Below, piece by piece: positions 9,486 through 58,067 of a stretch of 64,000 nt of DNA (the first letter of the stretch is position 1; every line of letters begins with the position of its first letter). The notes beneath the pieces are model-generated. The model was given only the letters and a program-made list of their open reading frames with translations, was not told the origin of the DNA and made no database searches. Origin of the DNA: Lingula anatina. Lineage: Eukaryota; Animalia; Brachiopoda. The translations under genes were made by a program, and so were the position numbers. The stretch lies in NCBI GenBank assembly GCA_051362555.1, contig CM120645.1, forward strand, positions 9,796,001-9,860,000, given 5' to 3'.

Positions 9486-12445
9486 TTGAATTTTAAATTA
9501 CAAGCTCAAATCATTGAACCAAACGGGGTTCATGGTACCGCAAGTGTATCACAGAATTAATCGAAATGTATATATGCAGTAACTGAAACTCTTGGTAGAA
9601 TCTGATATCTCTTCAATTTTAATGTTTAAATGTACCTTTCCATACTGCAGTGTTAATGTATTGTATTAGCTTAAAGCTTGTACAGTTCATAGTATGTGAT
9701 GTCCTAATATAAAGTGCCTGTAAAGGGGTATATGACATTCTACATCATTTTTTTTTTTTTTTGATCAAAATGCAAGAGATCATGGAGATTTTCAAGTTTT
9801 TAAAATGCTACACATTTAAACAATATTAAGTGGATAGAAGACACATTAATATTTTTTAAAAAGGAAAGAAAAATCCATTTCCTATTTTCTGAAAAACTCG
9901 TTAAATTGTAAACAAATTCAGGTAAAATTCCATTAAATATTGCTGCATGCATTGTATTGCATCTGGATCATGTTCCCCCTTTATATTGAAGAATATTGCT
10001 ATATTGTGGAACCTCAAAAGCCCAATAAACTTCTAAAACACTAACAAAGAATGAATCTACATATCTGAGCCATTTTTAGTAAAATCTATATACCACATAC
10101 AAGGTGTGTACAACTACTTACTACAAAATTAATCAATGACTTTCACACCTCAGGTGAGATAGACAGCTAGTAGACAAAAACAGGAAACAAATCAGTAGTA
10201 GATTGCTACTGCCTTTAAAAAGCAATATCACAAGACTTTGTGTGGCTATGGCAACCAATAGCAGTAAATGGAACTGCTTAGTGTGTTTCCATGCCTTGGA
10301 GCAAAGCTTACATTCTTTTTCAATTAGCACTATAAGTGGAATAGTTTTTGTTTTCATTGATAAGGCCATTAATCTGTTCACAACGACAAGGAATGCAATA
10401 CCACTTACATGTTCAGCTATATTTCTAAGTCAATATTGTCTGCCCATCATTTTTGAAAATTTTTGTTTCCTTCATTTTCAAATAGAAAAAAAACAAATAA
10501 ATTGGCACCATCCATTTAATCTGACAAACAAGCAGAATTCCTCAAATTAAGGAAAATCTATAAATTAACCCAAATTTTCTCAAGTTTTAGACTTGAAACA
10601 AAATTCATTCATTTGCAGATGTACAGTCTCTTCCATCTTTCCATTTTTCTCTCTTCCTCTTTCCCTTTTTTTTTGTTGTATACAAAAAGAATAAAATTGA
10701 GCCGTTTAACAACAAGTCACATTTTCTGCTATAGTGGGATCTTTAATGATTGTCAACTAAAGTGCTTGTAAAAGAAAAAGAAAAAAAAACCAAGTACCAC
10801 TTGAAATGGCATCTTTCATCTGACTGCATACTTGAAGTCAAAGCAGTCAAAGCCACACAAAAAGAAGTCTTGAAGATAAAATGTGAAAATTTTTATGTAA
10901 TATGTTCTGTGACTTGGTGACTATGATAGATGAAGAAATCCACACTCCTTCCCTTTAAAATGAGGGGTAGTCTCACAGTTAATGACTTGGTATGAATGGG
11001 AGCAAAGGTGTACTATATCCCATGTGAAACCCAAAACATGGAAAATATTTTTTTTCTGTTTTTTTAACAACTTTTGTCCTCAGTTTTCCCATGGGGGCAT
11101 GACATACGGTGGTTTGAAAAAAAAAACTTATTTTATTTATCATTTTTAAGTGGGTGGCAGTTTAACCAGTGGAAAAAAGTAAAAAAGTAAAAAGTCACCT
11201 GAATGACTAAACCTCGGTCAAAACTTTTGACACATTATTTCTGAAAACACCAGAAGCTGAGCCCGGCTTGCAAATTTAACATGTTCCTTGAAATACACGA
11301 CAGAGGGTCTTTGAAAGGAAGTAGAACCTTTACCAGAAATAGCTGTTCATTCTTTATCATCTCATTAATATTTATAATATATATAATTTACAGGATAAAC
11401 TGACAGAGGCTATATTTGGCATTACTCCAACTGATGTAAAAGAAAGAGGGGTACCATTAATGGAGAGTAGAGGTACCTTGGTCCCTGGTTCCATGCCAAG
11501 TACTCTTAATTAATTTATCACATTATTGAACAGAAGAATTATATATTGTATGGTCAGGGACCTATGAACACTGAGATATATAGGCCAGAGCAGGACTCCA
11601 GGCTCAGCCCTTGTACTGCACTAAAAACTTGTCCCTGAATAATGTTTAAATGTTTTAACTGCCATTATCTGTAAACAGTATAATAGATACACAAACCGAT
11701 TTCATAATTCTCCACTTTTATCACCTCTGCCTTTGTCCCACATGATATTGTAGTGTCATGGCTATTATATCATTGTGTGATGTTATAAGAATATATTCGA
11801 TCGACATACTAAATTGTATTACAATGATTACAGTGATTTGAAACATTTATTGTATGCATAGTCATGCCCCATGCATGAACTCAGGACGTTAGGTTTGCTG
11901 GATTCGTGACAAATGAACAAAAAAGATGAAACTTGCACTTTATCAACTGTAAGTACCCCTGATTAACTCTTCTCTGTGTATGAAACATTAAACATCACGT
12001 TTCTTTAAAAAACCCTTCTTACGAGACAGTATTGTGTGTGAGTGTAATTCACGAGGAAGTCTTTCATTTTTTAGTGACATAGAGAATTAATGTATCATCT
12101 AGAGTAGCAAGACGTGAGCTTGTCACATTCAGGGAGATTTGCTTTGAGTAATGAACGAGAAAATTCAATAGCAAACTGTATTTTCATTTTTCATTCCTTT
12201 CTAAAAATTCACTACCCTTACAATTTGTCAGTGAACTTAATGCCAATATTAAGTAAGCTCGTGCTGTTTAACAGATCTTCAAAAAAATGATGACTAAGTT
12301 GGTGACAATTTTTTTTGTGCTTGCACAGGATCTTAAAAATGAAGACGTAAAAAACTATATAGAAAAAGGCTATTGACAATGTACATCTAAAGACTGGCAG
12401 GTATGATACATTTAGCCCACACCCAATGCAAGCACAGGCAACTAA

Positions 12446-12701
12446 GACCCCATTCCTATACCTAGATTGATCTAAGAGGATCGATCCATCTCCGAGGGAT
12501 TTCTCACTAAATTACTTTCAGCTTAAGTGGCTCTGATGTCTGGCACAATTACTGAAGCTGTTAGGGGGTAATTAACTTTTGTTTAGCAGTTTTAGTAGGT
12601 GTGCCTAGACATCTAAGCTGATAAAGCTGTATGCAATTTAGTGAGAAACCCCTCAGAGATGGATTGATCCTGTTAGAAAATCTAGTTATGGGAATGGGGT
12701 C
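12446..12701. mobile_element. Fold-back MITE, PIF/Harbinger-like, copy 1
   Basis: GACCCCATTCC...GGAATGGGGTC with ~115-bp imperfect inverted arms, and TAA on both sides (12443-12445, 12702-12704). Confidence 0.85.
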
Positions 12702-13127
12702 TAAGTCTCAGCAAAGAAACATCCCTCTTGATAAGCTATTTTCTTTAATTTTAAAAATGTGGCTACTTAACTCCCTGAACCCTTACACCTGTGGAAGAAA
12801 ATGAATCTAATACAATGGTTGATCGTTTTTCATAAATTGTCAATGTAGCTAACATGTACTACATGCAAAGGTCACATCACTTGCCCTAACTCTGTGGGAG
12901 TTAATTGTCCAGTCAAATGTCCGGCATAATAAATAGCCCCTGGTCAGGCCGTGACAGACACCCCTATAACTGTGGTGTAGACTTGTGGTAAGACGTAATA
13001 AATAATGTAACCAATTATTGACAAAGCCTTGCTGAACACAAATATTTTATAATGGCTGCTGTACGTGTATGTAATGATCCTTGGGAGCAACCACTTCAGT
13101 ACAATGTAGCTATCTTCAGGTGCATAA

Positions 13128-13385
13128 GAGCACATTCCAATACCTAAATCGATCTAACAGGATCGATCTTTCTGAGAGGGGTTTCTCGCTAAATTGCTTT
13201 CAGCGTAAGTGGCTCTGATGTCTGGCAGGCTTACTGAAGCTGTAAGGGGGTAATATAAACTATCATCTAACAGCTTCAGTAGGCATGCCAGACATGTAAG
13301 CTGCTTAAGCTGAAAGCAATTTAGCAAAAAACCCTTCAGAGATGGATTGACCCTGTAAGATCGATTTAGGTATGGGAATGGGGTT
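13128..13385. mobile_element. Fold-back MITE, same family, copy 2
   Basis: Aligns over its whole length with 12446-12701 in the same orientation and is preceded by TAA. Confidence 0.85.
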
Positions 13386-14570
13386 TTAGCCTACATTATA
13401 ATACTCTAATTGCAGCCCTGATGTGATCATGCAGTTATAAATGAAAGGAAACACCTGAAATCAATGTGGATTGATCCTAAATATAATTCTTAAACTGCTC
13501 ACTTGTCATAAAATAGTTCCTGCCTCTACTATCAATTAAAACATTATGTTGAAAGGATGGAGAGAGCAGAAGATGGTAATTGGGCTTTAAGGTGAAAATA
13601 TTAAAAAGATAATGAATACTTGTGTCAAGAAGTACATGTTTTATCTTGCTTGGGATTTTCAAACTGAACCTTAAATCCCATTTACTTATTTTATAAAATC
13701 TTAAACCACATCATTCTTCACCATCCTACCTAGAACTTACGATCCTTTTTTTCACCCACCTAGCAGTCAAAAACATGACATTCTATGCTTGTTACTCTAG
13801 ACTATTTTGCAAACATTTAATATCAAATTACGACTGATGACGTCATTTTATGCACTTGAGTAGGCAGGCAATGGCCAAATACCCTTTGACTAAGAAATGT
13901 TGCAGTCAAATTGATACAGTACTTAAACAGGCAGAATAGAGAGGGTGATCTACAAGTACTTTACACTGCCATATGCTGGTATTCATTGACATCTCATATA
14001 AACGTCCAACTTAAAGTATTTTTTAAAGTTAAATAGCACAGGTTTTGAGCCATGAGAAAAGCAAATTTTGCAATTTATAAGTTTAATCAATGGCACATTA
14101 GAACATACATGCATATTTGCTTAAAAAACGTTTTTGGCAGGGTGATTGCGTGATTATAATCTTTTGATAGGAGGTGAGTAACGTGTAGCTTGACTTGGTC
14201 TTTGGAGAAAATGGGATTTTACTTGAAAATTCTGGTAAAACTTGTATCCATGAAATGTCTTGCCAAGGGTTACACTTTAATCTGAAATTCAACTCAAATA
14301 AACCTTGACAAACAAAAACCTTCAGTTCTTATTAAACCAAAAAATGAAAAGTCCCAAACCCCCTGCCATGAAAAGTTCATATTTTCACTTCTAAGACCTG
14401 GCACACCACCAGACAAATCAAATTCCTCTGTCATTTATAAGGTGTTCATCAAACCAAGTGTTTTTGTAAGTACTTTATGACCCAACCTTTGGGCTGTTTT
14501 GTCTATAATGTTGGTTTGGAATACATGAAAACTGAAAAAAAGGGAGCTGCATGCCTGTCAAAATTAGTCC

Positions 14571-14587
14571 ACCCCTCTCCCCCCCCC

Positions 14588-14623
<36 letters not shown>

Positions 14624-14645
14624 AATATACCTGGCTACGGCCCTG
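14571..14645. repeat. Poly-C/poly-A tract ending in a probable MITE terminus (cctggctacggccctg)
   Basis: The reverse complement CAGGGCCGTAGCCAGG resembles TIRs of common invertebrate non-autonomous DNA elements. No partner end was found. Confidence 0.4.
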
Positions 14646-15971
14646 CATGGTGACATGACTACCTAATGCAATCCCACCTTTACTAGCTTATGACCCAACC
14701 TCAAATGTGATAACCTGTTTGATCATGGCAGTTTTGTCTCATCTTTATTTGGAGCCTGTTGCGAGTTGGTAAACACGACTGTTCTCAGAGTATGAATATC
14801 TTGAGTATTTTAAAATATATAATAGTACGGGATTCATGTGGCATGTTGCATGCTGATCTTTCATCTATCAAAGCTTTGAAGCTCAATTTGGTCACCTTGT
14901 TGACAAATCAACAATAGTGTGCTTCATTCTGTGTAGTGCATTTCTGTTTTTTCCCCCAATTTCATCAGGCGTCTGCAATCTTTAAACTGAAGCTGCTGCA
15001 GTAATTTGCTATTTAAGTGTACATCAGGAATTTGAGGTTTTATAAAGATTATTGCATGTAATTCTACAATCAATATCAATTTAACTATCACAATCTTTTA
15101 AAATATAATTCATTGGACAAAAAAAAAAAAAAAAAAAAAACATTGTCAAAACTTGTGAAACATCATGCTTGCCCAACAGTCTATTGGGACCTGACGAGGG
15201 CAGGTCTTCACTTCTGATAGACAATTAATGCAATCAACTCAGGAAAACAACAAATAAATCTCAACTTGTTTGCATGAACTTGATATTTTCCTTATCTTTT
15301 GTCCATATGTTTGACACCAGAATTTATCTCAACATGAAAGGCACTCAAGTCTCTTCTTTAGTCACCCTTGAAGACTTGACGTTTATCCCTGATGTGAGTT
15401 AACGTAATTGGGTGAACTCCAGTTTATTAGACAAATACCGAAAAAAAAAAAATCTGCTTGGACTCATCAAATAATGAGCAGTCACAGCAGGATGAATCTT
15501 TCCTTGGGTGATTTGGTTAATTCCTGTCAGTCTGATTATATCACATATTAACACAATACAACAGAAATCTAATGTGTTAGCTAATCTCGTGACACGGACC
15601 ACATGTTTTACAGAATCGTTAAAAAAGGCTGCTTGTTAGAAAAGATGAAGTCTATTTAACAAGAATAGTGCAATCCATGGTGGATTAGGGGCTTTCTTCT
15701 CTTTAATTGCAAGCCAGTTTCAGAAAATACCTTTGTAGGTCTGCATGAGTAACTCACACATTTGATCATGACTTCTAAAAAAAAAGCCCTGGATTTTTTC
15801 TGATTCAGAAGCCACCAAGAGGGTCTTTAAACTTCATTTTCTAGACAAGATTAAGACCCTTTTCATATCCAGTGATATACATTTTCTACTGTGGTATACT
15901 TTACTAAATTAAATACTACAGTACAGTCTGCACGCAGTGCACATTTAGAAATGGACAATTTTTAAACAGTC

Positions 15972-16192
15972 CCCTTGGCAAAATGAAAAGTTTGCAGCAA
16001 TATTGCAGCAAAACTGCAGCACTGAGTTTGTTGGAGTTTGCAAGAAAAATTTTGTTGCTGCTAATTTGCAGCCATATTGCAGCAAATTTGCTGCAAATTT
16101 GCAAGGAGAAATTGCAGTTTGCAGCAAGAATTGCTGCAAATTTGCAGCAGGCCTGATATTTTGCTGAGGGTCTGCAGATATTTTGCTAAGGG
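15972..16192. mobile_element. MITE with CCC...GGG termini (CMC/EnSpm-like) and internal TGCAGCA/TTTGC subrepeats; right end tandemly duplicated
   Basis: TIRs CCCTTGGCAAAAT / ATTTTGCTGAGGG (ends 16170) with a second end ATTTTGCTAAGGG (ends 16192). A 2-bp TC flanks the left end and both right ends. Confidence 0.7.
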
Positions 16193-18183
16193 TCTGCAGC
16201 TATTACACAAGGGCTCAATCCCAAGGAAACTATTGTTCTATGTACATTTGATCCAACTCAGTGAAACTCTTGCTAAATGCAATCCAATTTACATTCTGTA
16301 GTCAGAACCTTTTTTAGAAATTGCAATTTTTTATCTTAATGATCTCCTGAGGAACAATATTAAAAACAAAATTTATGAACCTGTAAGCGATGTTTCATAA
16401 TGTGTTCCAACTATCACTGAGAAGACAACAAAAAAGTTTTGACGCCTAGCTTAATATTAGCTTCATTTATTTGAAATTAGACTTTTGTTAATGACACTTT
16501 CCATATTTGCCTCCATAGATCCTGTACTTAACAAGGCCAATTAAAACTCACGCAACCGTTCACTGGTCTACATACGGTGTGTTCAGCATTACAAAAAGGA
16601 ACAAAAAATTGATTTTTCAACTCATAAGATTCAATTTAAAAACCAGTCAGCTTTACCTCCCACCCTCAATCTCTCCTCCCCCATTCTTACTCACAGTCAT
16701 GAACAGGCTGTGTGTCCTTGATCAAGTGTTCTGATCATTAGACTGTGCAGTAATTTTTTTTTTTCGATTTAGGCAAATTCCCTTTTTTTATCTCCCCAAT
16801 GTGATCTGTTTTGAAAAGGTGGCTTGTTGAAACCGATCTGCATCTGGGGGTCTCTCTTTAGGAGATACATGGTTTATGTGGTCCACAACCATAAAGAAAA
16901 GAGATTAATGGCATTTTTGGGATTTAAACCACTTTATTATGGACAGATAGCATGGAATTTATCAAAGGCACCAAAAAGTAAGGAGGAACCACAACTACAG
17001 ATATCCAAAATGAAAAAAGAAGAAAAAAAGGGAAGGAAAGAAAAAATCCCCACTGATCTTGTTTCACTTCCTTTACACTAATGTGCAAAACTGGAAAAAA
17101 TGAATGCAGCTAAGAGGTATATGTAAAGTGAGCAAGTAATTTTTTCTAATATTTGAATAATAAAGTACCTACATTAGTTTTGTTTCTTTGCTGTGTAGTC
17201 ATACTTCATTAAGCAGGGGGGTTCAAACACGCAGATTAAATTTTTTGATTAGATAAATGTCTTGTCACAGCTATCAAATGACAACATGATCACAATTAAC
17301 ATTTTCAAATTTCCATACGACAACTTTTCTCGCCCAAGCTAAGAACGAGCGATTAAATAATGCATCAAAAGTAATAAAAATCTGTTTTCTATACTGCGAC
17401 TTTTAAAGAAACATATTCAGCAAAATATTTTTCTCATGTTTTTTTCATGTAAGATCATAGTTGAAAATGCAAATCCCAAAGTTAAGATACTTAAACTCTA
17501 TGGTACATGGATACTGTGAACACAATTGACACTTGGCAGACATACAAATCACATGGCTATGATTTCAACACCAATTTCACAAAAGCATCTTCTATTCGTC
17601 ACTTTAGTCCCTGTGAATGCTTGCTGTACAACAGGAGCAAAAGGCTCCTCAGATGTCGTAGTCTGATAGTTTACTCATTGCTCTAATGCTCTGAACAAGA
17701 ACAAATAGACTGGACAAGAACAAAAGAACTGTCCTACGTGAAAAATGACATTTTAACGTCTTACTATTATAACGCGGCATGAAATAGGTACCACTACAAA
17801 GTGACCACATGTTTGCTTTTGTTGAATTCTTCGCTTTGGTCTTCTTTTTATTTGTTTTGGTGCCCGTCACGTACCTTTACTTATGAAAAGCATCCTTCAG
17901 ATCCTGTTAATGCTTGAATTATAAACTGAGATCTGATGTCATTTTAATGTTGGTGAAATTTTCAATCAGTCGTTTCAAAATTTATTGCAGATCTAGGATT
18001 TCAAGTTTCTGGTTTTTGCTTTAAAATCCGTATTCAAAATTAGTGCTATGTTTTGTGATAAAACAAGAGCAAATCCATTTGAAATACTTCACTACACTGT
18101 ACATAAACAATAGTGTTGTGGCACATATCCGGTATATAGTTGACTGAAAGAAAAACAACATATATTACATGGCCTGACAAATA

Positions 18184-18185
<2 letters not shown>

Positions 18186-18251
<66 letters not shown>

Positions 18252-18258
18252 AATAAAA
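18186..18258. repeat. (AAAT)n microsatellite
   Basis: Direct inspection. Confidence 0.95.
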
Positions 18259-21200
18259 TACTAATAATATAAACAAATAAAAAATATACATTTCAAAATC
18301 TTAAAGAGGTCTCTGCATGATACATGCTGGTGGTTCAGAAAGTCATTATGGAGACCAATTAAGTGTGACCTCTCAGGCACCCCTAGCCTGCAAATGTAAA
18401 AGTATAATTAAAAAATTCCAATACTGTATCTGGAGTGCTATCACCTGTTATTAACAGTACTCATACCTATAAATGATGATGTTGTACATTATGATACCCA
18501 AATTGGAATTTTAAATATTTAGAAATCCGTAAGGATTTGATAATGTTGCTATTTTCTGAAATAGCCTTCATGTCTCTTAATAAGTAATCCATTTGATTTT
18601 AAAGACACAATGAATAGAGGAGCAAAATTCCTAGGTTATGTAACAGTATGGTGATACCTGAGATATGATCATGCCTTTTTAATGTAGTGTGGGTGCATTT
18701 AGTTCTGTAATCAAGTGTAAATTGATACATCGTGGGTTGGGACTACGTTAAATTTACCCAATTTTGTACATCAACTGTCCCATCCTGAAAAATGCCCTGT
18801 CACTGCCCTCATCTACTCTGATTTGAAGTAATTGTCAAATTGGTTGACCTTTTCACCATTTTTTTTTTTATTCTGTTACTAGCAACCATTTTTGCCAATT
18901 AAAATATCCTATGTCAATTTAATGCCAACAAAATTGATAAAACATGACTTCATTATACAACAGTTCTGTCCTTCAAAGCAAGCTTAGAAGCACATGTAAA
19001 AAAAACACATGTAAAATCCCAATTTGAAAATGTGCTACAATGGTAAATTTTGTAGGCCTATGTCGCTAATTCTTGCAGGCAATTTTCAACAATTGGCCAG
19101 AAATTTCAATTTGCTCAGTTACTGTACCTCTGACCATTAGCAGGCTTTGTTACAAGTTCACCATCTCACTTGAACATGTCCAATCAAATCAATCCTATTA
19201 TCTGGATGTCAGACAAGACTTCTGTATGTTGGATCTGACGAGTGAATGATTAAACAAATTGCAGCAATAAGACCCAAGTATCTCTCCTGGCAGACAGGGT
19301 GACCATCTTGTCGTGATCTTTGGTACAGATAGGTTGGGGGGCACTCATCAGTAGAGCAGGTCACCCAAATATTGGCTCCACAGGCCATATTATAGTATAT
19401 TATGCTATTATTATATTATTATAGTATATTATTCCAGCTTGCAGAATAGATCTATACTGGGAGAACAGCTTTCCTTGTTGGTACAATGGAAACAGCTGGG
19501 AAAGATGTACAGATTGACCACGCCCCCCCCCTCCATTACCCCTGACAGGTGTCCTCTAGGCTCATTTTATATAGCTAAAATGATCAGACTAATGATATTT
19601 TACTTCAGGGATATGTATAATCATATTAAACTAACTGCAGTACTTCAGACCCCCCCAATATAAAGTGGATGGTGGTGGTGGTCAGGTATGGTCAGGTGTG
19701 GCCATATAGGGGCATCTATCCTTCAGGCCATTACCCACCCTAAGCAGGCACAACAGGTGGTCAGTAAGAGACAAGAACTGTCTTTTCATGGCCAACACAC
19801 TATGAAATTGTCTGCAGATAATTTGCTCTTGTAGGTGTCTTCACTGTTTTCTAATCATCATCATCATCATACTGGTAGATATGGGACAGAACAGCTTCAG
19901 AGTCTTAAAACCCATACATATCCAATTTCATGATGACTTACTCTTTCAATGTCCTTGTTTTATGCAATGCCTTATTAAGCATCCTTAAGTTTTTTTTCCT
20001 AAACCCTGGGCATACTTTATTGGCAACAAAATTACCACCTCAAGTTAAAAAAAAATTATATATGTTTTTGACTTTGCATGTGCCATTACATTTATGTTCA
20101 TGCATGCATTCGAGCGTGTATGAGTGACAGCACTTTTGCAAGTCATTTGATAAAGGTTTGGTAAAAATCAGCTCTAAATATTTGGCATCCTCCCCAAAAA
20201 ATTAATACTTTCATCAAATCAAATTCCATAAAATGTCCTTTAACATGTAAAATGCTGTCAATAATTAAACAAATATATCAAGTATATCAAAATATTAATA
20301 TACCACAAAAACATTTTCTTTCAAATTATTTATTAATTTCAGCATTTCTGTATAATATATATCTTGGTTAACGTGTTTAAATTAAAAAGCTTCTAATTAT
20401 ATGCAAAAAAAACTTGTTATTAAACAAAACAATAAAAATATAATCTAAAACCTCCTTTATTCTGACTAAAATGGACGGAATTACAATCTATGCCACTAGA
20501 AAACATGAGATCTGAAGATCTGAAAAAGTTTAAAGTTCACAATGAAAGAAAATTAGTCTATTAAAAGTATTACAAAATTAAATTATTGAATCATGAATAA
20601 CACCTGTTTAGTTTCATTCATTCATTTCATACATTTCATACATTCAAATTAACTCAATACAAATTTTCAGAGATAATCTTAAAATCTGAACTCATTCACA
20701 TCACAGTATAATATAAAAATATTAAGTACACATATTTCTTCTTATCATAAATTTTATCAAAAAGATACCACTTTATCTGACCAGCAAATAAAATGTGAAG
20801 TATAACTAGGATCCTGCCACTCTTGTGAAAAAAAAAAAGTTTACATGTCCATGATTGCTAAATTGAATGATTTCACCCGAAATTAAAAAATTTCACTGCT
20901 TTGGTTCACTGGAAGATCACCGTGTGGGCGCCATGAAGATGTCTTCACACACAAACTCCAAAGTGAAGATTGCATCAAAATTATTTCACCTAAGCTGACC
21001 CTTTGCCATGGGAACATAGCAACAAATGGCAACAAAAATAAAATTATTCAGTCTATAACCCCCAGTATAAAATACAAATTACCACTGCTTCATTTAACAT
21101 CACAAATAAGTGTTTTTTTAAAGGAACCCACTGAAGATAAACATATAAATTTGAAACATGTCAATAACTTTTATATCCAAATCGCGTGCAGTTCCAGCAG

Positions 21201-23837
21201 GGATAAAAGTGCACAGAAACTATTTACAGAACCTCCCCAGCAAATAAGTTTAAAAAATTGATATTTTCTCATGGGAACAAGTCCTAAAAGTGAGTACAAT
21301 CACGTTCATTCACTGTTCCCAATCTCTTCATATGCTTTCAACTTCCCAAATGTCTGTGTCGTACAATAGGAGGACTAAAGGTGCAGGCATAATCACCGTT
21401 TCCAATTTCATTAGTAGCAAGTTGCTCTATACCCTGTGCCCGCCACCAGGTGTGATATGAGGGCCCATTCACTGGAACCACTATTGGTTTATACAAATAG
21501 TTCACTTTGATATAAAGGTTTTTTGGGCCTATCATCCTCTAAAATCTGTCTTTTAGATAATATCCCTCAGGATGTGTTTTTCAATCACTGACAACTAGTA
21601 ATAATCAGCTTTAATTTTTGTCTGCAGCATGATCAAACCAACTGTCACGGTGGCTTATAGTGATATTACTTTCATCAAGACTGTCCCTACACCTGTTATG
21701 ACCTTCGTAATGTTAAAACTTCCTCAAAGACAGCAACTGTAAATTGAGAGTTTTTAAGAATTTTTTCGGGATGGTTTCCAACAAACCTTGACTCAGCAGT
21801 TACATAGCATGCATGCAGAGTAGAAAAAATATATATTACATAATGCTGTGTCATGCGATCAAGTACTTGCATTCAATTGCAATTGCCTCTTTCAGTACAA
21901 AAACTGCACTATGCACAAGTTAATAGAATCATACATCAGCTTATTAATAATAAATAAAATCCACAACTTTAACTAAGCCTGAACAACATGAGTCCAAGAC
22001 ACCCCCCCCCCCCCCCCCCCCGTCCCACAGGCGTATGGATAAAATTCAAATCTTGATTTATTCAAATCAATGGCATGATCCACTAGCCAAGTTCAGCACA
22101 TTTTTAACTAAAATGTTTTCAGACTGACTCCATAAAGACAACAAGACAACTTGTTTCCTCCCATTTTTTAAAAATATGCACAAGTGTGCTGGTTTGGTTT
22201 AATGGCTGCATAAGGTTCAGACAGGAACCGGAGATTTAAAAATATCTCTGAATATTTATTGTGGGACAAATCACTTCATCAGAGGAGGCATTTCAGAACT
22301 GAATTCAAAACTTCCCTGATGTCAAGAAAAAAAAAACACTCATGCCTGAGAGTTTCCTTTTGGTGTAAGACTTATAGCAGTGCTAGCCAACCTGTAATCA
22401 AACCAAATCAAACTTGAAAAAAAAAAGTCTTAAAACATCTTTAGTTGAAATGGTGCTGGACGCGTCCATACAAATACAAACAGCCCAGCAGAGCACAACA
22501 TGGACTCAGCATGACTTGTCTGGTCTATTTATCATAGCTGAAAGAGTCCGTTCCCAAATTAAAATGTGTTTAAATAATGCCGCCACCCTTTTTTGTAAGA
22601 TTTGTTGGCAGCTCAAAAACAGCTTCTGTGACGTTCATGGTTGTAATACTTAGATTGTTATATCAACATTCATGATTCACCTTGGGCATTGATAATTTTT
22701 CAGTTAAAAATTTTGATGACAAGAATTGCAGAACTTTTTATCAAACATGTCCTTAAGTTAAATGAAACATACTGACAATCTCAAAAAAAAAATATGTTGA
22801 CTATCTGTTTAAGTAAAGAAAAAACAAAAGGTCATCCACCAGGTGTGTTTTGTGCCAAGCACGAATACAGGTTCCACAGCTGTGACTTTTAATTCATTTC
22901 AAGATCACACGTAACCACTGCCAGACCTATCCGATTTCAAAGAGAAATTCTGCTTGTAGAATTAAACATTTTTAAACCTTTAAAATCAGCCGTTTTCATA
23001 CCAGGGAGAGTACAGGTCTTTTTTTTAAAATCCCTATCCAAGCTTAAACTGATGAAACCGATTGTTCTCCTCACCTATTGACATAACTGACATACAATGC
23101 CATCTACTCAGTGTCAAATGCTTACACAAATATTGTACGTATTCACACGGGTGCATGCACATGACTTCACGTGACATGATGTAAGGCTATGTAACCATGA
23201 GAATCAAAACCTTAAAAAACGCAAACGGACAAGTAGGTTCATGCTTTAAAGTGATTTTTCAGATAGGAGACTTAAGACAATACTCAGCTCGAACACCAAA
23301 TTAAACTTACCTCCATCACCTATTACTTTTTTTTTTAACTAGGCATATTACTTAAACCTAAATAAGTGCTTTCAAACATGCATGAGCACACTCACTTAAG
23401 TATGATACCTAACAGTTTTTCCCTATTGAAATTCTCTCTCAAAGGAGTATCGTATCGCTGTCAGTTAAGAACAATGATGTAACTTCAGCGTACCTGACCC
23501 AGACCCAGGGATTTCAGGAGCCCATCTTGCCACGGGTAATGAAATAACCCCAAACTGCACTCGGCCTGACACAATGAATACACACTGGAAACATAAGCCT
23601 GGGATGAACAGAGGCACTTCTGTTTCTATTTTTCTCATCTTTTGCAGACAAGTAGAGAGAGAGCTATCAGGAGACACTAGGAAGCGTGTTATCAATACCA
23701 AACAGGGTTCTGCTAAGAGATATCAACATGTCATCTTCATAAGACAATTCGTGAGATGCTTCCATCTCAGCTGACAGTTTTCAAAATATAACACAGACAT
23801 CAAACCACCATGAGTTTTACCTCACAAAAAGCACATT

Positions 23838-23843
23838 TTTATT
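23838..23843 (-). terminator. Candidate polyadenylation signal (AATAAA on minus strand) of the large gene
   Basis: TTTATT on the plus strand ~160 nt downstream of the stop codon at 24003. Confidence 0.45.
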
Positions 23844-24002
23844 TAAAAAAAAAAAAAAGGAAAACTATGATCCTCTTTCAGTAGACTGTCTGAATACACG
23901 AACGGTTTCTATTCCTATAAAATCAAGAAATGCAGAAGTTTGTCAGGTTTGTGAACCATGCTCAAGTACCTCTACATGGTACCTCTGTGTTCTGGGCCTT
24001 GA

Positions 24003-58067
<34,065 letters not shown>

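Noticed and set aside
21340-21720. Possible decayed LINE reverse transcriptase fragment (GPII-like stretch)
   Set aside because: No convincing QG..LGP or YADD motifs in a consistent frame.
23470-23500. ATGATG...CTGA resembling C/D box snoRNA motifs
   Set aside because: Boxes are too close together, the C box is imperfect and there is no terminal stem.
9500-23800. Scattered 60-115 aa ORFs in the long AT-rich region
   Set aside because: No coding-like composition, motifs or consistent exon chain; expected by chance.
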